This document shows, one piece after another, positions 53,231 through 64,000 of a stretch of DNA of 64,000 nucleotides. The stretch lies in assembly GCA_009103225.1 (NCBI GenBank), contig RHPI01003124.1:122428-186427 (forward strand), in the 5' to 3' direction. The notes beneath the pieces are model-generated. The model was not told where the DNA came from, made no database searches, and saw only the letters and a program-made list of their open reading frames with translations. This DNA is from Chlorokybus atmophyticus. Taxonomy: Eukaryota; Plantae; Mesostigma and Chlorokybus algae. Position numbers and translations under genes: made by a program. Within the stretch, counting starts at the first letter, position 1; the number at the start of each line of letters is the position of its first letter.

Positions 53231-53463
53231 TCACTGTGCCGTCACCTCGACTGCAAACCCTTGTCGCCGCTGATCTGGCAAGGCCCCTCTGCCCCGCCCC
53301 TCTGCCCTGCCTCTCGTTCTGCAGGCTGGCATGCAGGCTGGCATGCAGTGCTGCACTGTGGCACTAGGGCACTGCACTGTGTAGCGCTGGCAGTTAGGTG
53401 GTGCTGGTGGGGTTGGGTGGTGGGGTTGGACGGCTGTGTTCTTTGCACGGGCAGGAGGAGGCG

Positions 53464-54564
53464 TTACCAAGCAGCCTGCTCCCCGCGCACATTGTCTGGT
53501 CCCGCTGACGTGGTGTTTGCGATGGTCGCCTTTGCGCGCCGGTGTTTCTGCAAAGCGAGGTACACCATCTTGTACAACAATGCTTGGGGGGTGCAGTACG
53601 CATACGTGTTGCGCATCATGCGCTGCCGCAGCGTCGCCATCCGTTTCAAAGAGTGGCCCTCCGACTGCATCGCTGTGAGCAGGTCCGTCATAGCGCTGAT
53701 GAAATGAGTGCGATACGTGCACACGCGGATGAACCGCATGTACTGCGTTTCCACCACTCCCAACTTGACGCTCCGAGGCACATTGGACTCGGTAGCGGCG
53801 CCCTATGTCGTCTGATGTCTTTGTATTCCGGCAAATCTTGCTTGCTGTACAAGTTGGTGCAGATTCCGTCCGCTGTTTGGAAAACCATCAAGTCCAGAAA
53901 TGGCACTGATGTGCCCGCAGCTGTACATGTCACTGTGCATGCCTTGGGTACAGGCCTCCCCCTAGTACGTCACTTCCCATGTACAGCACCGCTGTAAAAT
54001 CTGGCATGTCCGCCACAAACAGGTCGTCTATGTAGCGCAGCACTCCTCTTGCACAGGCCGTCAGCAGGGACATGTCTCCTGTGTCACGCAAATCGCGTGC
54101 GAATCGTCTCTCATGCGACAGCGAGTAGCCATTGGCTAGATGTGCGCCGGCATTGTTGCCCATAGGTACTCCCACCGTTGTCTGTATAGTTCGTCACTGG
54201 CAGTGCGCACACACGTGCTCGGGCATGTGGGGGCAACGCTTGCAGCACTGCTGGATGGGACAGCAGCTGCTGCAGTCTCAGCTCATGTGCTGACGCATTT
54301 GCGAAGGGGGGGACAGGCGATCAGTAAACGTGCATTTCTTGTTTGTGGCAGTGCTGTTGGGTAATTGTTGAGTAGGCGCTGCAACACATAGTTGTTAGGG
54401 CTTGCGCGTGGGCTGGCAGAATGTGCATGTCGGCTGGGGCTGTATGCTGCAGCACATTCAGCATCTTGTACAAATTCAGCAGCTTGCAATGTAGCAGATC
54501 CATGATGGTAAAGTGTATCGCGCATAGAGCATTGTTGATTGCTGGTTGTGGCGATTAAGCTCAA
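53464..54564 (-). mobile_element. Penelope-like retroelement RT pseudogene
   Basis: GVPMGNNAGAHLAN, VLRYIDDL, VPFLDL, LYSKQD, RSVKLGVVETQYMRFIRVCT; frameshifted. Confidence 0.88.
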
Positions 54565-56049
54565 GCCTAGTGTGCAAGTGGTTGTTGACTTATAACTGCA
54601 GCTTGCCTCATGGCTGTAGTGCCGCCAATGTTATCTTCGCAGCCACGCGCAGCACATACCAACTGCCCTGCGATCCAAAACCATGCAAGGCATCATCCGA
54701 AATGATGTTCCTATTGCTGCAAGCGTGAAACCCTGCTTAGATGTGTCACGGTGTTTGCAACAAACTCCATTATCATCCACATGCAATCGTTGCTGTCAGA
54801 GCTGCCACCATGCCTAACTGCCTCTCACCCAGCCAGTCACGACACAAAATACCATCTACGTCTCCTACCTCTTCCAGGAAAGCTACACGCTTTCGACTTC
54901 AGAATTGACCAAGCCAGGCAAGAGTGGACCGCTGCCTTATAACAAGCACCACACACGAAAAGGCATTAGTCAATTGCAACCTCCTCTATTGCTGCAAGCA
55001 TCAAGTATTGCCAATGTGTTGCAACCTTTTCTTCCTTAAAAGACTTTCCACTGCCGATTAAATCTTGTCCGGGGCAGTCAAGAGTAAAGCGCTGCTTGTT
55101 GCAGCTTATTGCTAATGTGCTGATGATGTTGATTGTATTGTGATGTTAGCGCTATGAGTTTAAACTCTGTCAGACTCTGAACCATAATGGCAATACGGTT
55201 CATTCCTAATGAAGCTTTCATCGTTGTCATTGTGGTTGCAATGCATCACTTCATGTCCGTGAAACGCCATGACTTATGGCGTGTACATGAAATAAATGTT
55301 GCAACTTGCAACATTTATTCCTTGGCGAGCGTACGGTGCTCGTTGCACATTTATTCCGCTTTTATGGTGGACAACAAAAGTGCTTAAGCGTTCTGCATCC
55401 AAGTTGTTCAATATCGTGCCAGCAACGACGTGCGCCCTAAAGTTTTTCCAATAACCGTCTACTATATTACAACTTTTCAAAGTTACAATGTACAATTTGA
55501 TCACATTTATGAATGTTGTGCACTTAGCATGGGGAAATCCCCTTGTGTAAGAGCTTTGTAAATAATACCTTTATGTGTATTACAAAGGTATCAATGATGC
55601 CATCACTCATTCAACTCGCTAGAACCACATCATTCACTGCTAGTTTAATTGCTATGTGTGCTTGTTGCTAGCTTGTTTTGTACTGCTGTGCTTGCTGGGT
55701 GCCGCTCTTACTCGGTTCACTTACGTACACGACTCATACCTTATGCACGCAGGCACACGGCGCACACATGATTGCGCTAGACTATATTTAATGCCAATGA
55801 TGCGGCATTGGGAAGCATGTTACAAATTGAGATACCTACTTTTTAGTACATTATATGTTCACCATTACTTCCGCAATCAACTCGCTCAAGCATCAACATA
55901 CACCATGCGAATTTATGACACGCGGAATGCCGGTGACATAATTAAGTGGTTGTACATTTGGTAATCATGCAACAAAGTTTCAACGGCTTACAAATTACTA
56001 CCACCTTTACAGAAATCTTTAATTTGTCCAGCTGTTGCTGCATTGCACT

Positions 56050-56092
56050 GCATGCATGCATGCATGCATGCATGCATGCATGCATGCATGCA
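56050..56092. repeat. (TGCA)n / (ATGC)n tetranucleotide repeat
   Basis: About 10 tandem self-complementary units, directly visible. Confidence 0.95.
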
Positions 56093-56517
56093 GCCTGATT
56101 AGAATACTTTCGGTTTCTGGAGAGAAAAAAAAGCACCACCTCCTAGTTGCAACGGTCCCTTGACTATCACTTTTGCCATTGTGACTGCTGTTTGCATCCG
56201 GTGTTTTCTTGCGGCATCCACATGAATACGTGTTTGCCAATAAGAGACAACCCCATTGAACCAATGTTTCTATTTACCCATGCATTGCACATACAGCATG
56301 AGAGAGTCTAACACACTTCAAGTTTTACTATTCCGTGTAACAGTGACAACATCTCTGGCAGCAAGAGACTGCATTCACACAAGCATATGATGGCAGTGAT
56401 GACAAATAACAATAATGACATGACCGAAGTTTATTGCAACCAAACACTACAAGGCAACTCAACAACAATACAACATCAACCTCTTAAACTAACCCTAGCT
56501 AGATGGTAGCTGTAGCA

Positions 56518-59500
56518 TCAATGCACCTCGTCTATATGTACACCCAACTGCCGCTCACTCGCCAATGAGTCACCACATATTGGGCATGTTAGCCTAATAG
56601 CACTTGCGGTCGGTGTAGGAAGGTTGATGGCAGGGGGCTGTGCAGCATTGAAGTGCTCATCAAGGTGCGCATTCAGATTGACATGAGCATCCATGCCATG
56701 AAACTCCATGTTGCACACTGGACAACACGAAGCTGAGGTTGACGGCACATCCGCATCCATGGGTTGCGGAGCGGATGCCAAAGGTTCTGATGTTGGCAGT
56801 GGCGATGCGCGGGGACCATGCACTGCAGCCATGTGCATGACCATATCTTTCAATCTCACACTCTTTTTGCACTTCGCGCAGGGCAACGTGCGCGACCCGC
56901 ACTCGCTTTCATGCACTGTCAGGCCCTGCAAGCACGCATGCACTTTTCAAACAACATTGTTCAAGAAACATTTGCACTGCCATCACCACTGTACAGTGCA
57001 GTGCTTCTACCTGCAGTGCATCACGTGGATCTGTTGCTTGCCCGCTGCCTGCGGGAACCATTGCTTCGCAAAACCGACATGACGTGAGCCTTAGCGGGCA
57101 TTCTGTACCTCTGTGATGGGCCTGCAAAAGGGTTGTAACATTTGGGGTGACCGCAACACGGCATGAATACCCTGGAAACAATATGGCATGCAACGTTGCG
57201 TGTGTATGGGTGGGAACCCTCACCATGGCGGACATCTCCAACTGGGCCCCGCAAGCACACGCCAATCGAGCGTGCTCGATGCGCATGTGCTTCTCCAGTG
57301 CATCACAAGTCATGCCACGCCCGCACGACTTGCAGTGCACATGCTGCGCCGCATCCGCCCTGCAAGAGCGACCGTTAGCCCCACAGAAACAAGATATACA
57401 ACACTGTGCTAATGGTGTTGAAATTTTGCACTCATGCAAGTTACACATGGCAAGAGATAAGCTAAGTGTGCCACCAGTGCAAGTGTGATGACTGCAAGTC
57501 GCTGAACACTACTGCAACATCATACATCAGTCCGCTACAACCACAGAAACAATGTGGTACTCCTGCTGGTACCTGCGCAGGACAGCACTGCAGCCAGGGT
57601 GCATGCATCGCACATTGTGACGGGCGCAAAATGCTTCGTGCAAAGCCATGCTGCGAGCCGGCACGGCTTGGCCACAGTTGCTGCATGTGGCATAGTCGTC
57701 TGCTGCACCCTGCGTAACCTGATGGGAACACAAAAACCATGAGCTTCATGCCTCACGATAGTCCTGTCGAGCACAAGCCTGTTAACACTAACGCAACGCA
57801 CCGAGGCCTCTTGCGAAAGTACTCGTCCTGGACTTGTCTTGGTCAGCTGGTTGACAACAAGCGTGTATTTGGCGTTGCCGCGATATCCATACACTCCAAC
57901 AGCATACAGTCCGGGTGTGGGAGTTGGGGATGATAGCGAAGACAAGCAAATTGTCTTGTTGCCTACATCATGCGAGGCCCACTCGTGCTGATGCTGCGAC
58001 GGCCGCGATATCGGCTTCCTTGCCAAGTACAAGTCTGCGTCTGCTTCAGCCGGGTTGGACAACTCAAGCTGGACACGGTATTCGCAGCTGCCTGCTGCGA
58101 TGTCGTCGGCGGCGGGTTGTCCCAACTCAAACTCGTAATACTGAAACATGTTCTCCTCGACTGTGTCGCTCTCAGGCTTGTCAACTTCCAAACGTGTCCG
58201 TTTTCCTTTCTCGTCCTTCAGAGCCACAATATCAACCTCAAGCTCCGTATCAATCAATGAAACCTGCGCACCACAGTCCGTTTTGAGTCTACAAACGCAA
58301 CAGATACTGTGCAGTCAGAGGTCTGAACACCAAACGCACCTGAGGCTCAGGCTGAAGCTTCATCACACGTAGAGCATGCTGGCTGCCAGCATGCACGACA
58401 TGCAAGACGTCTCCTTCCGTGAGCGTGGCATGGGTACGCAGCACACCCTCCAGGAAACCTCGCTGGCTTGGGACATCCGCAAACTCGGCTGAATCAGCCT
58501 GCATGGATTGCATGATATGAGTACGGCATGTGTCAATGAACACTTCAGTGTCAAAGACCCACGCAACCACAACGGGTGACAAGCTGTTTAATGTAACACC
58601 AACAACGACTTCTTAATGCATAACCGACAACTGCGTGATTGAAGCTGCGCAGAAACGTGCGTTTCCACTGGCATGCAAGCCCCACCTATGGCAGATATCA
58701 TCCACATCACCAAATATGATGCGCAAGCATGCGTGCACGCGCGTATGCGCGCATGCGTAATGTCTACATACACAACCTTGGCCCAACCTTCAGCGCTTAC
58801 CTGCAACTGTGCATACTTTCCTTTTGAAAGCCTAACATACTGGACACGCAACTCTCTTGCATCCAGCTCCTGCTCGTTTGTCAGCGCAAGGCTTCTCAGT
58901 ACTTTATGCGGGACCGCAACTTGGCCCTCCTCTGCAGTGAAGTCGAGGACGCCCGCGTGCGTGCTGGCGCCTGTGCCTGCATCCGTCACACGCAGGTACA
59001 TCGGTCCCTTATCCAGTGCATCCTGCTGAGAGAGGCTGTCCAGCGCAGATGGAGGCAAAGACACCTTGTCTCCTGCTTGTGCATAACACGTCAGTGGCCT
59101 GTACGATAATGGTTACAGCAGTTTGTGCAGCACTTGTCATTTACCATAGCAGCCTAAGAGCGTGTACAGCTGTGTATGCGTGTTGATTCCAATTGCGTGC
59201 ATGCATGCATGTGTGGAAACATGCCTGCTGTGGAAGAAGGTACTAGCCTCAGGGTGGCTGCATATAAGATGCCTTCTGTTAGACGCAGCAAATCCGCCTG
59301 GCGTTGCTCTTCCTACGCGCAGATGACACCAGAATGAAATCAGCATCCCGTCATGCAGATTGTTGACAAACCAAACAGACGCACAAATCATGATAAACCT
59401 CTTGTTGTCTTGTGAAAGCAGCGACGCGTTCCTCCTGCCTCGCGACGTCCTCTGCCTCTCGCCTGCGTGCAGCAGCCTCGCGCTCGCGCTTCTCCTGGCA

Positions 59501-60076
59501 AGAAAGAGTTGACATGAGCTTGAGATCAACAGCATAATTGTTCAAAATGCGGTGGAACAATACAATCGAGGTTGCAGCGAAAAGCTGACGTTGTGGGATA
59601 GGGCCATGAAGATCACCTATGTACTAAACCACTTACGCAATACCCAACTGCTTGTAGTGACAATAAGCAACGGCACGTTGCTAATTGCACAGCTGAGCTT
59701 GACAGCAGACGTGATTCGTTGCACCAGTAAACGCGACAAGCTGTAACAACAACGCAATTGGAAAACAGCAACTCTCGACATACTTCAAGTACTTTTTCAA
59801 TTGTCAAAACACGCAGCCAGCCAGAGAAGCTGATGTGTGCGTTTAAGTTGCACACATAGCTATGTGTGCAACTTGGACGCACACAACAGCTTGCTGACAG
59901 CCTCAGCGCACAATCAGGCTAGGCCGAAGCTCAGCTCAACCAATTGACATCAGCTCAGCTAAGCCCGGGATGAGAGTTGCGAAATCAACCTGCTCAACTT
60001 TGCGACGAATAGCGTCCTGCCGGCGTCGCTGCTCCCTGGCGAGTTTCTCCGCCCGCGCCTTGAGCTCCAACTCCAT
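56518..60076 (-). CDS. UFD1-domain protein with TRAF/C2H2-type zinc fingers (plant PRLI-interacting factor K type)
   Basis: MELELKARAEKLAREQ, GDKVSLPPS, THAGVLDFTAEEG, YVRLSKGKYAQLQ, LRTHATLTEGD, EVFIDTDLEVDI; many CxxC/H fingers (CSNC, HEAFCARHNVRC, ECGSRTLPCAKC, CPVC, CPIC). Confidence 0.9.
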
Positions 60077-60228
60077 CGCTGCGGCGGTGGTGGCAGCGGC
60101 GGCAGCGGTGATGTCCTGAGCTTTCCACGTGGCGTTACATAACTTCCGCTGGCCGGCACCGTACAAACACGAAAGTTCCAGACCTCCTGGGCGCAAAACA
60201 CTGGGAAAATATTGCTGAGAAGGAGGGC

Positions 60229-61008
60229 ATGCCGGCGCTAGGTGGCGGCGTCGGGGGTGGCGTGCTGGGCGGCGGCGGTCGGGTGGTGCCGCCCCCCATC
60301 AGTACCATGACAGCGATAGGGGTTGGCAACGCACTGCCAACCATGAGCAGCCAGGTGCAGCGGCGGCAGCAAACAGCAGTTGCATGAGCGGCCACGTGCA
60401 AACGGCTAGGACCCTTGAAAGGTTGAAGAGGAAGAGGAAGAGGAACAATGTGCACCTCGAGAGTAGTGTGAGGGGTTGTGGATTGTAGGGCTAGGGTGCG
60501 CTGTTGGGCTCGCAGCCTTAGGTGCAGCTTTAGGAGCTGGGTTTGCCATTGGCATGCGCGGTATTGGCATCAATACTATGCGGGTAAGTTGTCATGTTAG
60601 TGCTGATTGTGGTTGATATTTGCATTTGACGTAGGGTGTTCTTCTTTCTACATTCACATTGTTTTTACTATAATCAGAAGAGTGTATCTTTCTTATTTCT
60701 GCGTTTGTGTCATTGATGATTGTTGCATGCACGGCAAGTTCACCAGAAGCCAAGTAAGCAATGATTGCATGCCTCATTACATGATGTGCGCTGATCACTG
60801 CTGTCCTCAATCCACTTGTGGGGTTCCGCAATAGGCCGATAAAGCGAGCTTGCTAAACGAGAACATTACCATCTTGACTTTGATGGTCAAGTCGGGATGG
60901 TTAGGCCTGGATGCAGAGGATGACCTCGGCTTTAACATTGCTAATCTGCACATCGGGTTCATCAAATTACCACTTGCGGACATCTTTGTGCCAAACGTTT
61001 GCCCATGA
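60229..61008 (+). CDS. Speculative small spliced membrane protein, head-to-head with UFD1 gene
   Basis: Gly-rich ORF from ATG 60229 to donor 60355; TM-like exon 60467-60583 with GTAAGT donor; open exon 60835-61008. First acceptor is weak. Confidence 0.25.
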
Positions 61009-61154
61009 GAAAAGTGTGTATGTCACATGATGCGCGCAACAACATTTCATCATTTTGGCGCTGTAAAGTGGATGTTGGTCTATTATTAGTTGTTGTGTGA
61101 CAGGGTGGTGGGTTGTTTAATGTTTCCTTGTGTTTGGTGAGTGAAGTAGCTTCC

Positions 61155-61170
61155 ACATTCAGTCTAATTG

Positions 61171-61220
<50 letters not shown>
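61155..61220. repeat. (GA)n microsatellite
   Basis: Directly visible. Confidence 0.97.
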
Positions 61221-61225
<5 letters not shown>

Positions 61226-61499
61226 CATGACACATATTTTTTTGTACTCGATAAGAAGTGAAGGCAACATGGTCATTGTTGTTGCACATTTCTATTATTT
61301 TGCTTATTAAGGTTGAGATGAGAATGTGTTACTTTTGTTGGCAAAGCGACGGTATATCAAAGGCTTCGATATGCATGCCTCATGTGCCCTTTGTTTGTAC
61401 ACGTAATTTGTGTGTGCTATGTACTTTGTTAGTAAGTAAGTAAGTTGTTCATGAGTAGTGCAAACATCCGCTACTCACACGATAAATGACGCTGTAAGT

Positions 61500-61735
61500 G
61501 CTGATTGTGTTAAGGTTGTGTTTATTTGGCGAACCGTCCAGCAGACAACCACAACCTTCATGTTGAGTAAAAGTTTCAAACACGGTGAAACAAGTACAAG
61601 CGCTAAGTAGGTAATGAACTATTGCGCACAAACAACGCCGTTATCAGCACATACATGCTGATAGTGTTAAGGTTGTGGTTGTTTGTTAAACTTGTAAACA
61701 CGACGAAACAAGTACACGCGCTGAGTAGGTAATGG
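61500..61735. repeat. Diverged direct repeat (about 61500-61617 and 61657-61735)
   Basis: GCTGAT.GTGTTAAGGTTGTG.TT ... AAACACG..GAAACAAGTACA.GCGCT.AGTAGGTAATG occurs twice. Confidence 0.85.
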
Positions 61736-62351
61736 GTTTTTACGCCGAACATGCATGCATAGTGCACAAGTGGGGCCGTAGTAATAGCTAGCTGCGTGCA
61801 TTACCTAGTTGTATGTAAGTAGTGAGCCCGGTCGTTTAGGTATGTGTAATTGCTTGTGCCGATGCCAATGTGTGCGACATACATGTTGCCGGCGCAATGC
61901 TGTATTGCACGTCATGTGCATACCATCGCTTGCCCTTGCGATCTTGATGTACATAATTGTAAGTCATTGGTTATGGACGCAGAGAATTGGGAGGCAATTG
62001 GGAAAATTAAAAAAAAACGTGCTGCGATGATTACTTACAACACTACATGGTGTAGCAAGTAGTGGATATTGTCCACGTGGACAATGTCAAGTTATCAACG
62101 CACAAGAACTAGCTAGTATCGTGCAAACACCAAGACCGGCGCAATGCACAGAATAAGTCAAAACTTCCAACTTAAAAGACAAGCGTACGACACCAACACT
62201 ACTTTTCACATTTCTTCAAGCTATTTACAACGGAGGCGCAACAGCAGTGCATCACCCAATATTCAAGTACAAGTACTGGCATACCTTACAATTGAATGTT
62301 TTTGAATGAAATTCCAGTCTTTGCGCATGAAACCGGCTTAAGCTGTATGTG

Positions 62352-62660
62352 CTACTTTAAGTTAATTCTGCTGTTGTAACGCAACTTGATAATCATGCGG
62401 CGTAAATAGCGCGAGACCTCGAGCAGTAGTTGACGCGTGATGTTGAATTTAAACTCGTTAAGCCAATCAAAACGTAATAGTACTCTGTTGAGGTTGCTAT
62501 AGAAATAAATGTAACACGTAAATTTATCATCTTTATGATATTGATGTGATTTACCAACAACTGCAAAATCAACATGATCAAAGTACCCGAAGAAGCACAC
62601 AATCCAACCACAAGCACGCAACATGTTGATATCTTCTTGCTTTAAACCACGACACCAACT
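62352..62660 (-). mobile_element. Possible decayed DDE transposase fragment
   Basis: NMLRACGWIVCFFGYFDHVDFAVVGKSH..DDKF loosely resembles the N.ml..W.v..g.F..i.F..GH...D.F transposase motif. Confidence 0.25.
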
Positions 62661-62854
62661 TGCACAGCTTTACCATTAAGCCTGACACTTCAACAGCTGC
62701 CACGCGGCAACAATGTCCCGCAGACGATCGCATGGGGAGCTTTTGTTGTAGATTGGTGATGTTGCGGGGGTCATACTCTGTATTCAAGGCCTCATCATGC
62801 ATTGTCTACGAAGCCCGAGTGAATTGATTACATCCGCACTGAACAGCTTCTCAC

Positions 62855-64000
62855 CGTCAGCTTAACATAGGTGAGGCGAGGACACTGTGAGTGTTGCGAA
62901 TTACAACAACCTCACTTACCTCGCGCAGGGTCTTGACGGTAATCTTGTTGCTGCGTACTACCTAGTAGTGCGCGGCAACCGGTGTTCTCGATCTTGCCGT
63001 TGACGCCCTTTGGGAACAACCTGCTGCGACAGTTCTTTGAACCCAAGGCCAGAGTGCGCAGAACCTGGTGCACGTGTCTTTGCGTATGCGTGTGCATCTG
63101 TTCGTGCATGCCAAAGAGGGGTTGGAAGGGTGCATGTGCTTGAGTACGCGCGCACGTGCGCGCATGTATGGGTGCACTCCACGGGGTAGGAGGATGCTCG
63201 TCATCAATACTTGCTTGGGCGTGCGGCTGAAGCAGAGGCCCTGGATGTTGGCACGTTGATTTTGAGGGTGCCACCTTAGTGAGGAGTGTCACGGTGATGT
63301 AGTTCCTGTCGGAGTTGTACAGGCCCTGGTCACCCTCAGTCTGCCTGTCCAGGCGGTTACGAAGGTTCGACGCCTGCACCACCTACCACACACGCAGGCC
63401 GTACTCTTGAGTATTTGGTTGCAGCGATCCCATAGCAACTGCCTGTCCATCACTGAGAGCTTAGCACCAGCCTTGACACCGCATCCATCAGCTCCAAGTT
63501 GCTCATTTGCAAGATGCCTTCAACCACACATAATCACCTACACTGCGGGTGCGCTCCGAGAAAGTCTGAGGTGACACAATGTGCCACACTGCATCGGACG
63601 CATGCAAGCACAGATGCATGCACACAATCCACGCAAATAACCCAACCTGATTGACTGGCCTTACCTTGTTGCCAGTGGCGCCGATCTGGACATGCACAGC
63701 AAGCAGGTAAGTTTGAGTGTACAAGCGTCTATACCGGACTTGAAGCAAGCTCAGAGCACATCTACACGCTCACACAAAGCCAAGAGAGTACCTCTAATGA
63801 GCAAGGTGCACTGGAAGCGGATGTCTCTATTGCAGTTGAAACGGGGTTGCTGTGCTTGCCGACGGCATTGTAAAGAACCAGGTGGAAATTCTTGTACCTG
63901 TCAAGCGGTCGCGAATCATGCTGACGGCACATGTGCAAAGGTTACTGACTGGCATGTCACACACACGCGCATGCGCACGCACACGCACATGCACACATCC
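62855..64000 (-). CDS. 3' exons of an unidentified protein-coding gene (continues beyond window)
   Basis: In-frame exons VVQASNLRNRLDRQTEGDQGLYNSDRNYITVTLLTK (about 63382-63275) and VLRTLALGSKNCRSRLFPKGVNGKIENTGCRALLG..DPAR with GTAAGT donor near 62920; CA/TG-rich introns. Confidence 0.55.

Overview
Eukaryotic, intron-rich nuclear DNA from a flagellate green-lineage organism. An axonemal dynein sits alongside plant-type genes (TDY MAPK with N-terminal extension, NNRE-PPOX fusion, plant-type MED22 and UFD1 protein), so an early-diverging streptophyte alga is my inference. The standard genetic code is used. About 12 spliced genes can be reconstructed by eye: 3' part of an inner-arm dynein heavy chain, a CRAL-TRIO protein, PDX3, SMG7, DPM3, a SAP-domain Tho1/MOS11-like protein, an alpha/beta hydrolase, a SPIDR-like protein, a TPR protein, MED22, a group D MAPK and a UFD1/zinc-finger protein. 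The 3' end of an unknown gene closes the window. Intergenic gaps carry decayed Penelope-like retroelements and AT-rich transposon relics. Best leads: (1) SMG7 has an overlapping uORF plus two 3'UTR splice donors, resembling angiosperm NMD autoregulation; (2) an unannotated 54-aa MG-starting, Cys-tailed microprotein; (3) a SPIDR-like protein ending after DUF4502; (4) a conserved 3' module in the Penelope-like copies; (5) a C-to-G synonymous-codon polarity inside dynein exons; (6) long perfect hairpins. All family calls come from remembered motifs, with no database search. There is an assembly gap at 22989-23286 and a lone N at 10772.
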